From assembly GCA_964619465.1 (NCBI GenBank), contig CAZUES010000021.1, positions 2,510-66,509 on the forward strand: a DNA stretch of 64,000 nucleotides. The letters are read 5' to 3'. The notes beneath the pieces are model-generated. The model worked only from the letters and a program-made list of their open reading frames with translations, searched no databases and had not been told where the DNA came from. Position numbers and translations under genes: made by a program. Below are positions 45,027 to 55,312 of this stretch, one piece after another (the first letter of the stretch is position 1; each line of letters starts with the position of its first letter). Source of the DNA: an uncultured Gemmatimonas sp. Lineage in GTDB: Bacteria; Gemmatimonadota; Gemmatimonadetes; Gemmatimonadales; GWC2-71-9.

Positions 45027-46133
45027 GTGCATCTCTATGTCCACGTGCCCTTTTGTGCCCGCCGCTGCTCGTACTGCGACTTTTCCATCGCGGTTCGGAA
45101 CCAGGTGCCGTCGAGCCAGTTTGCCGGGCTGATTGGTGCGGAATGGCATCGCTGGCAGGACGCGCCATGGTGGGGTGAGGTCGGGGCCATCGAGACCATC
45201 TACTTCGGCGGCGGGACGCCCTCGCTGGTCGATCCCGAAGCGATCGCCGCCATCATCGCGAACATCCGCCAGGATCGCCCGGTGGCGCCCGATGCGGAGC
45301 TGACGATCGAGGCCAACCCCGAGGATGTCACCCCGGCCCGGGCCGATGCCTGGGTCTCGGCCGGCATCAATCGGATCTCACTCGGGGTTCAGTCGTTCGA
45401 TCCGGCGGTGCTGGCCTGGATGCACCGGGTGCATGGGTCGGAACGTCCCGAGGAGGCGGTGCGGACCCTGCAGTCAGCCGGGCTCGCCAACCTCTCGGTC
45501 GATCTGATCTACGCCGTGCCCGATGCGCTGGACCGCGACTGGGCCCGTGACCTCGAGCTCGCCATTGCGCTCGAGCCCAAACACATCTCCCTCTACGGGC
45601 TGACCGTCGAAGCGCGGACCCCGCTGGCCCGGTGGGTCGAACGCGGCTCGGCGCTGCCGGCGGCGGACACCCGCGCCGAGTCCGAGTATCTGGAAGCCAA
45701 CCATCGGCTGACTGCGGCGGGGTTCCGGCACTACGAGGTCTCCAACGCCGCCATGCCCGGATTCGAATCGCGCCACAATCGGGCCTATTGGCGGAGGGCG
45801 CCCTACCTGGGCCTTGGCCCCTCGGCTCACAGCGCGGTGGGGCATCACCGCTGGTGGAACATCCGGGACTGGGAAGCCTATCGCCAGGCGGGATTGGCTG
45901 GGGCCACGCTCGTGGCCGGGGAGGAGCACCTTACGCCGGACCAGGTCCGGCTCGAAGATCTCTACCTGGGACTTCGGACTGACAGCGGCATTCCGGCATC
46001 ATCCCTGCTTCCCTCTGAGGGGGATGCCTGGGAAACTGCCGGATGGGCCGGCCGAGTTGGCAGTCACCTCGTCTTGAGGCCGTTGGGCTGGCTTCGACTC
46101 GACGCCTTGGTAAGTCGGGTCGCTCGCTCCTAA
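45027..46133 (+). CDS. hemW: Radical-SAM heme chaperone HemW (oxygen-independent coproporphyrinogen oxidase-like)
   Basis: LYVHVPFCARRCSYCDF (CxxxCxxC). The GTG at 45027 is the only plausible in-frame start close to the motif. Confidence 0.8.
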   Translation: MHLYVHVPFCARRCSYCDFSIAVRNQVPSSQFAGLIGAEWHRWQDAPWWGEVGAIETIYFGGGTPSLVDPEAIAAIIANIRQDRPVAPDAELTIEANPEDVTPARADAWVSAGINRISLGVQSFDPAVLAWMHRVHGSERPEEAVRTLQSAGLANLSVDLIYAVPDALDRDWARDLELAIALEPKHISLYGLTVEARTPLARWVERGSALPAADTRAESEYLEANHRLTAAGFRHYEVSNAAMPGFESRHNRAYWRRAPYLGLGPSAHSAVGHHRWWNIRDWEAYRQAGLAGATLVAGEEHLTPDQVRLEDLYLGLRTDSGIPASSLLPSEGDAWETAGWAGRVGSHLVLRPLGWLRLDALVSRVARS

Positions 46134-46136
46134 ATT

Positions 46137-47186
46137 ATGGTAATGCCGAGACTTGAAGAGCTTTCCGAGCGCGAAGCCCGGATTCTGGACACCATCATCC
46201 AGCTGTACGTAGAGCATGCCGAACCGGCCGGAAGTCAGGCCGTAGCGGTTCGCTCGGAGCTCGGTGTCTCGTCTGCGACGGTGCGCAACACGATGAGCGA
46301 CCTCGAGGCACGGGGTTACCTGTTCCATCCCCATACCTCGAGTGGCCGAGTTCCGACCGATCTGGCCTACCGGGTCTATGTCGACCGGCTGATGCGGCAT
46401 GCCCCTCCGAGCGAGGCGGCGGTCGAACGGCTCAAGACCGAAGTCGGGGCGGTCAGCGTGGGTGGCGGCCCGATCGAGGAGATTCTGCGACGGGCCGCGC
46501 AGGTGCTCGGTGTGCTGACCCAGGAGTTGGGTGTCGCCGTGGCGCCGGCGCTCGACCGGGCCATCCTGGAACGGCTCGAACTGGTGCGGGTGAGTTCCGA
46601 GCGTCTGCTGGTAGTCCTGACCCTCGAAAGCGGATTCGTCCGCACCATCTTCGTGGAAGTGCCCACAGCGGTTGCTGCGGAGGTCGTCGAACACGTCACC
46701 AGGATTCTCAACGAACGGCTGGCCGGACTGCCGCTCAGGGAAATCCGGGCGTCGGTCCAGGAGCGGCTGCGGGATGCCGACGGCACCGGACGCGCCGCCG
46801 GATTACTCAACGTCTTCGTGGCCCAGCGCGAAGGGGTTTTCGATGCCGAACCCAACGACGGCGTGCTGCTCGGCAGTGCCCAGTTGCTGGCTGAGCAGCC
46901 GGAGTTTGCTTCCAACGAACGGATGCGCGCGCTGCTGGAACTGACCGAGCGCCGGGATCTGCTGCGCGACGCCTTTGAGAATCATCGCCGCCGCGGCGTG
47001 CGGATTACCATCGGCGCCGAGAACGATGATCCCAAGCTGGCGGGGCTCACGGTCGTCACGGCCACCTACCGGCGGGGCGATCTGACCGGGGTGGTCGGCG
47101 TTCTGGGCCCGACCCGAATGCCCTACGATAAGATCATCGGCCTGGTGGATCACACCAGCCGATTAGTGGAAGGATTGTTGACGTGA
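46137..47186 (+). CDS. hrcA: Heat-inducible transcriptional repressor HrcA
   Basis: [28 protein letters not shown] and [18 protein letters not shown]. Begins 3 nt after hemW. Confidence 0.85.
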   Translation: MVMPRLEELSEREARILDTIIQLYVEHAEPAGSQAVAVRSELGVSSATVRNTMSDLEARGYLFHPHTSSGRVPTDLAYRVYVDRLMRHAPPSEAAVERLKTEVGAVSVGGGPIEEILRRAAQVLGVLTQELGVAVAPALDRAILERLELVRVSSERLLVVLTLESGFVRTIFVEVPTAVAAEVVEHVTRILNERLAGLPLREIRASVQERLRDADGTGRAAGLLNVFVAQREGVFDAEPNDGVLLGSAQLLAEQPEFASNERMRALLELTERRDLLRDAFENHRRRGVRITIGAENDDPKLAGLTVVTATYRRGDLTGVVGVLGPTRMPYDKIIGLVDHTSRLVEGLLT

Positions 47187-48322
47187 GCGAGTATTACGAT
47201 CTGCTGGGCGTTGCTCGAGACGCTTCGGACGACGATATCAAGAAGGCCTACCGCAAGGCGGCCATGCAGTATCACCCGGATCGCAACCGGGAATCCGATG
47301 CCGAGGCCAGGTTCAAGGAAGTCGCCGAGGCGTATGAAGTGCTGCGCGACCCGCAGAAGCGGGCTGCCTACGATCGCTATGGCAAGGAGGGAGTCAACGG
47401 CCGGAGCGGCATGGGTAACGCCGGCTACGGACACATCGACCTCAACGAAGCGCTCAACATCTTCATGCGGGATCTGGGCGGCTTCGGCGGCTTCGAGCAG
47501 ATGTTCGGGGGGGGGCGGGCCGATCCGTCCGAAGCCAAGCGCGGCCAGGACATGCGGGTCACCGTCCGTCTCACGCTGGTCGAAGTGGCCACCGGCGCCA
47601 AGCGGACGGTCAAGCTCAAGACCTACGTCGGCTGCACCAACTGCGCCAACAGCGGCGGTGCCAAGGGCACCCGTCCTTCCCGCTGCAGTACCTGCGGAGG
47701 CTCGGGCGAGGTCCGCCGCGCCGCCCGCAGCATGTTCGGCCAGTTCATTTCGGTGGCGCCATGCCCCACCTGTCACGGTGAAGGGTCCGTGATCACCGAC
47801 CCGTGCGAAGTCTGCCGTGGCGAAGGACGGGTGCGCGGCGAGCGGACCGTCCCGGTCGAGGTGCCCCCCGGAGTCTCGAGCAACAACTACATCACGCTGC
47901 GCGGCCAGGGCGCCGTCGGGCCTCGCGGCGGACCGGCGGGCGACCTCCTGGTGCTGATCGAGGTGAAGGACGACGATCGGTTCGAGCGCCAGGGCGATGA
48001 CCTGTTCTACGACCTGCCTCTCTCATTCTCGCAAGCTGCGCTAGGCGCGTCGGTGGTGGTGCCGACGCCGTACGGTGAGGAAAAAGTCACCGTGCCCTCC
48101 GGTGTCCAGTCCGGCACCGTGCTGCGCCTCAAAGGGAAGGGGCTGCCGCGGCTGGGCCAGGGAAGCACTGGGGACCTCAACGTTCGCGTCTCGATCTGGA
48201 CGCCCGAGAGCTTGAACGACGAGCAGCGGCGTCTCTTCGAAGAACTGGCGGCCATCGAGGGCGACCCGCCCCGCGCCTCCTCCGGCTTCTGGTCCAAGCT
48301 CAAAGAAGCACTCGGCGCATGA
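47183..48322 (+). CDS. dnaJ: Molecular chaperone DnaJ
   Basis: J domain YYDLLGV...HPDRN. Four CxxCxG zinc motifs: [25 protein letters not shown] and [11 protein letters not shown] start in a GTGA overlap with hrcA. Confidence 0.9.
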   Translation: MSEYYDLLGVARDASDDDIKKAYRKAAMQYHPDRNRESDAEARFKEVAEAYEVLRDPQKRAAYDRYGKEGVNGRSGMGNAGYGHIDLNEALNIFMRDLGGFGGFEQMFGGGRADPSEAKRGQDMRVTVRLTLVEVATGAKRTVKLKTYVGCTNCANSGGAKGTRPSRCSTCGGSGEVRRAARSMFGQFISVAPCPTCHGEGSVITDPCEVCRGEGRVRGERTVPVEVPPGVSSNNYITLRGQGAVGPRGGPAGDLLVLIEVKDDDRFERQGDDLFYDLPLSFSQAALGASVVVPTPYGEEKVTVPSGVQSGTVLRLKGKGLPRLGQGSTGDLNVRVSIWTPESLNDEQRRLFEELAAIEGDPPRASSGFWSKLKEALGA

Positions 48323-49143
48323 GCTGGTGGCTGATCGAAGTCGGCGCGCCGGGCGGCAATGCGGAGTCGGTTGCCCGCGCGCTGGTCGAGGTCAGTGGCC
48401 AGGCCGTCGAGGAACGGGACGGCCGGGTGCTGGGCTATGCTGCCGACCAGGACGCCGCGCTGGCGGTGGAGCGTTCGATCCGGGATCGGTTCGGCGCGGA
48501 TGTCGAAATCAAGCTGGGTCCGGTCGGCGACGCGGACTGGGCTACGGCGTGGCGCGAAGGGCTTTCCGTCCGTACCGTCGGGCGACTGCGTCTCGGTCCA
48601 TCCTGGCTGCTCGAGCCGGCACGGGATGCCATCGTGATCGATCCCGAGACGGCCTTCGGGAGCGGCGAGCACGGTTCGACGCGGGGCGCGCTCAGTCTGC
48701 TGGAACGCCATCTGGTTCCCGGCGGCACGGTGCTCGATCTGGGCAGCGGCAGCGGGATTCTCACCATCGCGGCGCGGAAGCTTGGTGCGGAGGCGGCGCT
48801 GGGCATTGAAGTCGATGACGAAGCGGTGCCGGTGGCCGAGGTCAATGCCGAGCGGAACGATGTGAGCGACCGGGTTCGCTTCGTCACGGGCGACGCGGCC
48901 GCGCTTGCTCCGCTTGCCGGGCCGGCCTCCATCGTGGTCTCGAATATTCTCCGTAACGTCAACGAGACGTTGCTCGAACCGATTGCTGCGGCCCTCGAGC
49001 CGGGAGGCCTGGCCATCTTTGCCGGCATGGAAACACCGGAGGCGGAGCTGTTCCGTCCGGTGCTAATCGATGCCGGTTGGACCGTCGTCGATGAGGTGGT
49101 CGACGAGGGATGGTGGTCGGTCGCCGCGCGCCGAAGGATCTGA
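48319..49143 (+). CDS. prmA: Ribosomal protein L11 methyltransferase PrmA
   Basis: ETAFGSGEH and the SAM motif [19 protein letters not shown] overlap with dnaJ. Confidence 0.8.
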   Translation: MSWWLIEVGAPGGNAESVARALVEVSGQAVEERDGRVLGYAADQDAALAVERSIRDRFGADVEIKLGPVGDADWATAWREGLSVRTVGRLRLGPSWLLEPARDAIVIDPETAFGSGEHGSTRGALSLLERHLVPGGTVLDLGSGSGILTIAARKLGAEAALGIEVDDEAVPVAEVNAERNDVSDRVRFVTGDAAALAPLAGPASIVVSNILRNVNETLLEPIAAALEPGGLAIFAGMETPEAELFRPVLIDAGWTVVDEVVDEGWWSVAARRRI

Positions 49144-49146
49144 TCG

Positions 49147-49857
49147 GTGCATCGGATCGTCCTGCCCGGGCCGTTTGCGCCCGAGACTCGGCTCGATCTC
49201 CCCGCAGAAGAGCGACACCATCTGGAAGTCCGACGGGCCAAGCCGGGGGATCCGGTCGAATTGCTCGACGGCGCCGGCGCCGTCGGGCAGGGGGTTCTGG
49301 TCGCGGACGGCCGCAGCTGGCAGGTCGAGCTTTCCGCCGTGGTGCGCCGACCCGAACCGCCCGCGCTGGCACTGCTGGTCGGGGCCGGTGACCGGGACCG
49401 TTTTACCTGGCTGGTCGAGAAGGCCGTGGAACTCGGCGTGACCCGACTTACTCCGCTTGATACGGTCCGGAGCCGAAATGTGGCCACTCGGATCCGGGCC
49501 AATCATCGTGACAAGCTGGAACGCCGGGCCGTCGAGGCGCTGAAGCAGAGCGGCGGTGCCTGGGCGCTTGGCATTGCCGAGCCGACGCCAGTGGCCGATG
49601 CGGCGGAGTCCGCGAGGGAGCCGGTCAGATGGCTGGCGGATCCGGCGGGACAAGTGCCCGGGCCGGTCGGTCCTGATACACCGATTGCCATTGCCGTCGG
49701 TCCGGAGGGGGGCTTCGTCGATGAGGAGCGCGAGGTGCTGATCCAGCACGGGTTCCTGCCCGTGCGGCTGGGGCCGCGGGTGCTTCGTTTCGAAACGGCT
49801 GCGTTGGCCGCGGCCGTATTGGCGGGCGCGTTCAGAAAGGAAGAGAACGAACCATGA
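49147..49857 (+). CDS. rsmE: 16S rRNA (uracil1498-N3)-methyltransferase RsmE
   Basis: HHLEVRRAKPGD, FTWLVEKAVELGV and IAVGPEGGF. The dnaJ-prmA-rsmE order is conserved. Confidence 0.8.
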   Translation: MHRIVLPGPFAPETRLDLPAEERHHLEVRRAKPGDPVELLDGAGAVGQGVLVADGRSWQVELSAVVRRPEPPALALLVGAGDRDRFTWLVEKAVELGVTRLTPLDTVRSRNVATRIRANHRDKLERRAVEALKQSGGAWALGIAEPTPVADAAESAREPVRWLADPAGQVPGPVGPDTPIAIAVGPEGGFVDEEREVLIQHGFLPVRLGPRVLRFETAALAAAVLAGAFRKEENEP

Positions 49858-50201
49858 CGGATTGCATTTTCTGTCGGATTGCTGCCGGTGAGATCCCGGC
49901 CACCATCGTTGCCAGGAACGAACATGCCGTGGCCTTTCGGGATCTCAATCCGCAGGCGCCGGTTCACATCCTGGTCATTCCGAACCAGCATATCGCCAGC
50001 CTGACCGACGCGGATTCGGACACCGCCGAACTGGCACTCGGGCGGGCGGTCCGGCTGGCGATCCAGGTGGCGAAAGCCGAGGGACTGGACGACGATGGTT
50101 ACCGGCTGGTCGTCAATGCGGGGCGGGATGGCGGGCAGTCGGTCGGGCATGTTCATGTCCACCTCCTGGCAGGCCGCCGTCTGGGCTGGCCTCCGGGATG
50201 A
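49854..50201 (+). CDS. HIT-family (histidine triad) nucleotide hydrolase
   Basis: CIFCRI and the triad HVHVHLL. Confidence 0.85.
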   Translation: MTDCIFCRIAAGEIPATIVARNEHAVAFRDLNPQAPVHILVIPNQHIASLTDADSDTAELALGRAVRLAIQVAKAEGLDDDGYRLVVNAGRDGGQSVGHVHVHLLAGRRLGWPPG

Positions 50202-50352
50202 CGCTGCTTGTCCCCTTACCGGCGGTCCGATAAATTGGCTGGTGACAATGAGTTCCCGTGGCGGTCGTGATGCAGGCCCCGCCGCGGCTCGTATCGCGTC
50301 GTCAACCCGAGAAACCTGGTGCCAGTCGAAGAGCTCCCCGATACAAAGCGCG

Positions 50353-52791
50353 ATGGTGATGAGCTCCGGGCAGGGTAAGAGCGGGGTGCAGGCGCGAAGC
50401 GCCAGCACCCCGCTCCCTTTTCAGGGGGAAGCGGGCGTCGCATCGCTTGCTGCGCTTGAGTTTCCGGCCGTCCTCGATGTGGTGGCAGGTTGGGCCAAAG
50501 GGTCGCTTGGTGCGGAGAGTGTGCGGGCGCGTCGACCGGCCACCGACCCGTCGGCCATCGCGGCCGATCTCCGTCCTCTCGATGAACTCCTGATTCTCTG
50601 GCGCCGTGGTGAGCGGGTGGACATTCCTCCCGTGCCGGCGCTCGGCGACGTGCTGTCCCGGCTGGGTGTGGCGGGCAGCGTTCTCAACGGTTCTGAACTC
50701 CTGCGGGTCCGCCAGACCGTGTCGGCCGCCCGGATTACGGTGACCGAACTGACCCGGGTCGCGTCGGATGCTCCATCGGCAGCTCTGCTGGTGGCGCCGT
50801 TGCCGGATCGCGCCGTCGACCGACGATTGCTCGAATCGATCGGTGACGAGGGCGAGGTGCTCGATACGGCCAGCCCGGCCCTCTTCCGCGCTCGCCGGGA
50901 TATTCACGCCGCGCGGGAACGGCTGGTCAAGAAGCTCGAATCCATTCTGCGCAGCGCCGAGGTGCAGGCGGTTCCCCAAGGTGCGCAGGTTACGATGCGG
51001 GAAGACCGCTACGTCATCCCGATTCGCCGGGATGCCCGGCAGCGGCCCGAAGGCATCATTCACGGCGAGTCCGGCAGCGCCGGGACGCTCTTCATCGAAC
51101 CGACCGCCGCGATCGAGTCGGGCAACGCGCTGCGCAGCGCCATCGCCCGCGCTGAACAGGAGGAGCTGGCGGTACTCCGCGAGTTGACCGAACTGGTGCG
51201 GCCGGAGCGTCGAGTGCTCGGTGCCGTACACACCATGTGCGTCGACGGCGATGATTTGTTGGCCCGGGTTCGCTACGCCCACGCGGTCGAGGCCTCGGTT
51301 CCGGAGGTCGGGACCGATCAGATCGAGCTGCGGCAGGCCCGTCACCCGCTGCTGCTGGCGCGCGGACTCGAGGTAGTGCCGTTCGACCTGATGCTTGCCC
51401 CCGAGGAGCGGACCCTGCTGATCAGCGGACCGAATGCTGGCGGTAAGACGGTCCTGCTCAAGACCAGCGGTCTCGCGATGGTGCTGGCGCAGGCAGGCAT
51501 TGCTCCGCCGGTCGGCCCGGGCACCAAGCTACCCATCATCGACGGCATTTTCGTCGACATCGGTGATCATCAGTCGATTGCTGCCGACCTGTCGACCTTC
51601 AGCGCGCATGTCGTGGCCTTGCGGGAAATCCTGGCGACGGCCGGCTCCGATACGCTGGTGCTGATGGACGAGATCGGGAGCGGCACCGACCCGGCAGAGG
51701 GCGGCGCTCTGGCGGCGGCAACCCTTCGCGCCCTGACTGCTCGCGGAGTCCGTACCATCGTGACGACTCACCTGGGCGCCCTCAAGTCGTTGGCGAGCGA
51801 AGTGCCCGGCATCGTCAACGGCTCGCTCGAGTTCGATGCCGAAGGGCTCCAGCCGACGTTCCGGTTCCGGAAAGGCGTCCCGGGGCGGAGTTACGGTCTG
51901 GCCATTGCCCGCCGCCTGGCCATCGATCCTGAGGTGCTCCGGACCGCCGAAGCGCTGGTACCCAAGCAGGAACGGTTGCTCGACGAGTTGCTGGCCCAGG
52001 TGGAGCAACGGACTCGCGATCTGGAACAGCGCGAGACGAGCCTGGCCGATCGGGAGTTCGAGGTCGGCAATCGCGAAGCCGTCGCGGCGGCCACCGCCGA
52101 GTCGCAGGGGGTTCGCGAGCGCGAACTCAAGCGGCGTGAAAAGGAAGCCGATCGGCAGGCACGCGAAACTGCGCGGCGGCATCTTCTCGATGCCCGGGCC
52201 ACCGTCGAGGAGGCACTCCGGCTGGCGCGTGGCGCGGCCGACAGCGCCGAAGCGAAGGAAGCGCGCCGCTTGATCGAAGAGGCGGCCGGTCGTGAACGCG
52301 CGGCTCTGGAAGCGGGTCGGGCAGGGGCCGACGTCGGGTCGGGCAGCGGCGGCGAGTTGACCGTCGGCGCTCGGGTCCGGCTTCCGTCGGGCAGTGCCGG
52401 CGTCGTTCAGGAGCTGCGCGGCGACGGCAAAGCGGTGGTGACCGTCGGCGCGGTCAAACTCGTCGCGGCAGCTGCGGAGCTGACGCCTGTGGCCGAAGCG
52501 CCGGCGCCGCGGCGGCAGACGGCGGTCTACGATGCCCCGTCTGCGCCGTTCGAGGTCGATTTGCGCGGCATGCGTGGCGACGAGGCGGCCGTGGTCGCAA
52601 CGGCCGCGCTCGATGCGGCCGTGCTGGCCGAAAACCCCTACTTGCGCATCATCCACGGGATCGGAACCGGAGTGGTGCGCGACCGGGTACGCCAGATCCT
52701 CAAGTCCGATCGGCGGGTAGCCCACTTTGCCTACGCACCGCCCAACCAGGGCGGATCCGGCGTGACCATTGCCGAATTCGCGGCGGGCTGA
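50353..52791 (+). CDS. mutS2: Endonuclease MutS2 (MutS domain V ATPase + Smr)
   Basis: Walker A ISGPNAGGKT, MDEIGSGTDP, a coiled-coil region, and the C-terminal Smr block VDLRGMRGDEA...IIHGIGTGVVR. The ATG at 50353 or 50359 was chosen because the track start at 50095 overlaps the HIT gene. Confidence 0.85.
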   Translation: MVMSSGQGKSGVQARSASTPLPFQGEAGVASLAALEFPAVLDVVAGWAKGSLGAESVRARRPATDPSAIAADLRPLDELLILWRRGERVDIPPVPALGDVLSRLGVAGSVLNGSELLRVRQTVSAARITVTELTRVASDAPSAALLVAPLPDRAVDRRLLESIGDEGEVLDTASPALFRARRDIHAARERLVKKLESILRSAEVQAVPQGAQVTMREDRYVIPIRRDARQRPEGIIHGESGSAGTLFIEPTAAIESGNALRSAIARAEQEELAVLRELTELVRPERRVLGAVHTMCVDGDDLLARVRYAHAVEASVPEVGTDQIELRQARHPLLLARGLEVVPFDLMLAPEERTLLISGPNAGGKTVLLKTSGLAMVLAQAGIAPPVGPGTKLPIIDGIFVDIGDHQSIAADLSTFSAHVVALREILATAGSDTLVLMDEIGSGTDPAEGGALAAATLRALTARGVRTIVTTHLGALKSLASEVPGIVNGSLEFDAEGLQPTFRFRKGVPGRSYGLAIARRLAIDPEVLRTAEALVPKQERLLDELLAQVEQRTRDLEQRETSLADREFEVGNREAVAAATAESQGVRERELKRREKEADRQARETARRHLLDARATVEEALRLARGAADSAEAKEARRLIEEAAGRERAALEAGRAGADVGSGSGGELTVGARVRLPSGSAGVVQELRGDGKAVVTVGAVKLVAAAAELTPVAEAPAPRRQTAVYDAPSAPFEVDLRGMRGDEAAVVATAALDAAVLAENPYLRIIHGIGTGVVRDRVRQILKSDRRVAHFAYAPPNQGGSGVTIAEFAAG

Positions 52792-52794
52792 GCG

Positions 52795-54591
52795 ATGATA
52801 CCGGACGAGCTGATCGAACAGGTGCGCGATTCGGCCGATCTGGTCGAGCTGATCGGCGAGGCGGTCAGCTTGAAGCGGACCGGCGCCGATTGGCGGGGGC
52901 CCTGTCCCTTCCATGGTGGTACCCATCGCAACTTTGCCGTCGTGCCCAAGAAGGGGCTCTACTACTGCTACGTCTGCCATGCCGCCGGAGACGTCTTCAC
53001 CTTTCTGATGAAGCGTTTCGGGATGGACTATCCCACGGCGGTTCGTGAGATCGCCCGCCGGGTCGGCATCGCGATTCCCGAGCAGGGGGCGCGCGAGGGA
53101 CCGGATCCGCGGGAACCGCTCTACGGCGCGATGAGCGTGGCGCAGGAATGGTTTGCCACCCGCCTGCGCGAAGGCCCCGATGCGGAGCAGGCGCGGCAGT
53201 ATCTCGAGTCGCGCGAATTGCCGCTCACCGTTGCGGCCGAGTGGGGGCTTGGCTTCGCCCCGCGCAATCGGGCCTTTGCCGACGCGATGCGCCAGCTCGG
53301 TCTCGACGAACGGGTGATGCTCGACGTCGGTCTGCTGGTCCGGCGAGACGACGGTACGCTGGTGCCGCGGTTTCGCGGCCGGCTGCTCTTTCCCATCCGC
53401 GATCAGCGGGGACGGGTGGTAGCGTTCGGCGGGCGGATTCTGGGGTCGGGCGAGCCCAAGTATCTCAACAGTCCGGAGTCGCCGATCTTTCACAAAGGGA
53501 CTGGGCTCTACAACCTGCACCAGGCCAAGCATGCCATTCGCAAGGATGGGCATGCGATCGTGGTCGAGGGATACTTCGATGTGATCCGCCTGGTCGAAGC
53601 CGGGATCGAGTCGGTCGTGGCTCCGCTGGGAACGGCGCTAACTGCGGACCAGGCGGTGCTGCTGCGCCGCTTTGCGCCGACCGTGATCATGCTCTACGAC
53701 TCCGATGCGGCCGGACTGCGTGCCACGTTCCGGGCCGGCGACGAATGCCTGCGCAACGGACTCCGCGTCCGGGTTGCCACCCTGCCGGAGGGCGAGGATC
53801 CGGATACCCTGGTGCGCACCGGGGGCGCGGCGGCACTCGGCCGGATTCTCGAGGATGCGGTCGATGTGGTCGAACGGAAGATCCAGTTGCTCGAACGGCG
53901 CGGCTGGTTCGAGGGCGTCGAGCGCCGCCGCGATGCGTTGGATCGCCTGCTGCCCACCATTCGCGCAGCCAGCGACCCGATTGCCCGGGATCTCTATATC
54001 GGCCGGGTTGCGGAGCGGGTCGGGCTGACGCGCGCCGTCCTGGAACAGGAGTTGACGGCCGCCCCGAAACCTTCGGCGCAGCGGCCGCCGTCGCGCCCGG
54101 TGCCGCCGTCGGTCGATCGCCGGCCGGCGCGTCCGGAGCGGCGCCGGACCGGCTCGCGGGCGGAAGCGGTGCTGCTCCAGCTGATGATCCTTGACGGCGG
54201 CTGGCGGGCTCGGGCGGGGCGCGACTTGGCGGTCGACCGTTTCGAAGTCCCGACCTTCCGGGAAATCTACGGCGCCTTGGTGGCGCTGTCGGACGCATCC
54301 CCGGCAAGCGATGCACTCGGGGCGGTTTCGGAGTCGGCGGCCGCGGCGTGGCAGCGCCTGGCGGAGCAGGCGGCCGCGCTCGAAGGGCAGGATCTCGACG
54401 CCGTCTACGCGGCTGCCGTGACCCGCCTGGATGAACGCGACGCGCTTCAGGCCCTGCCGCCGCCGATCGAAATCGGTCCCCGTTCGATGTCCAAGCAGCA
54501 ACTCTCTCCAACGGCCAAAGCCCGGTTCGTCTGGGAGAAACAGAAGGCCAATTCCCCATCGCGTCCACCGGACGCTCGACGTGAAAGATGA
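52795..54591 (+). CDS. dnaG: DNA primase DnaG
   Basis: Zinc finger CPFHGGTHRNFAVVPKKGLYYCYVCHAAGD; TOPRIM motifs VVEGYFDV and LYDSDAAG. Confidence 0.9.
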   Translation: MIPDELIEQVRDSADLVELIGEAVSLKRTGADWRGPCPFHGGTHRNFAVVPKKGLYYCYVCHAAGDVFTFLMKRFGMDYPTAVREIARRVGIAIPEQGAREGPDPREPLYGAMSVAQEWFATRLREGPDAEQARQYLESRELPLTVAAEWGLGFAPRNRAFADAMRQLGLDERVMLDVGLLVRRDDGTLVPRFRGRLLFPIRDQRGRVVAFGGRILGSGEPKYLNSPESPIFHKGTGLYNLHQAKHAIRKDGHAIVVEGYFDVIRLVEAGIESVVAPLGTALTADQAVLLRRFAPTVIMLYDSDAAGLRATFRAGDECLRNGLRVRVATLPEGEDPDTLVRTGGAAALGRILEDAVDVVERKIQLLERRGWFEGVERRRDALDRLLPTIRAASDPIARDLYIGRVAERVGLTRAVLEQELTAAPKPSAQRPPSRPVPPSVDRRPARPERRRTGSRAEAVLLQLMILDGGWRARAGRDLAVDRFEVPTFREIYGALVALSDASPASDALGAVSESAAAAWQRLAEQAAALEGQDLDAVYAAAVTRLDERDALQALPPPIEIGPRSMSKQQLSPTAKARFVWEKQKANSPSRPPDARRER

Positions 54592-54598
54592 CGTAATC

Positions 54599-55312
54599 AT
54601 GCATGCTGAACTGACCAAATTGCTCGATCTGCAAACCCGCGACCTCAGCCTGTTCGAGGTCGATACCCGACTCAAGTCGATCCTGGCGGAAATTGCCAAG
54701 CTGGATGCGGAGCTCGATGCGGGCCGGCGGGAAATCCAGGTGGCGGAGAAGCGACTGGCCGACGGAGTGACCAAGCGCGGCGACCTGGAAGGGCGGATCG
54801 AGGGATATCGTGCCGTCGAGGCTCGGCGGAAGGAACGGCTCGAGTTGGCCCGCGGTGCCCGTGAGGCGCAGGCGGTCATGACCGAAGTCGAGATGGCGCG
54901 AGCCGTGCTGGCGCGCGAGGAGCAGGAATGGGTCAAGGTTGCCGAAGGGGTGACCGATCTCGAGCGCAGCGCCAAGACCAGCCGGGAACGCCTCGCGGAA
55001 ATCGAAACCAAGCAGGCGGAAGAGCGGGCTCGCCTCGCTACCGAGCAGGCGGCGCTGGAAGGCGAGCGTGATGCCGCGCGCAGCGAGCGCAACGACGTGG
55101 CGTCGAAGATCGATCGGGTGCTGCGGGCCCGCTATGACCGGCTCCGTTCGGCCCGGACCGTTGCCGTCGTGGTGCCGCTTCGCGGGGAAGCCTGTGGCGC
55201 GTGTTACACTTCGGTGCCGCGCAACCGCCGGACTCAGATCCGGGCCGGGATTCTGCTCGACAATTGCGAGGCGTGCGGCGTGATCCTGTTCGCGGAGGAT
55301 TTCTCCTCGTGA
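54599..55312 (+). CDS. Coiled-coil protein with a C-terminal C4 zinc ribbon (COG1579-like)
   Basis: About 190 aa of heptad-rich sequence, then CGACYTSVP...CEACGVIL. Confidence 0.7.
   Translation: MHAELTKLLDLQTRDLSLFEVDTRLKSILAEIAKLDAELDAGRREIQVAEKRLADGVTKRGDLEGRIEGYRAVEARRKERLELARGAREAQAVMTEVEMARAVLAREEQEWVKVAEGVTDLERSAKTSRERLAEIETKQAEERARLATEQAALEGERDAARSERNDVASKIDRVLRARYDRLRSARTVAVVVPLRGEACGACYTSVPRNRRTQIRAGILLDNCEACGVILFAEDFSS

Noticed and set aside
50095-50352. The early start of the mutS2 ORF, overlapping the HIT gene.
   Set aside because: It overlaps the conserved HIT coding sequence in another frame, and there is no MutS2 similarity before about 50400.
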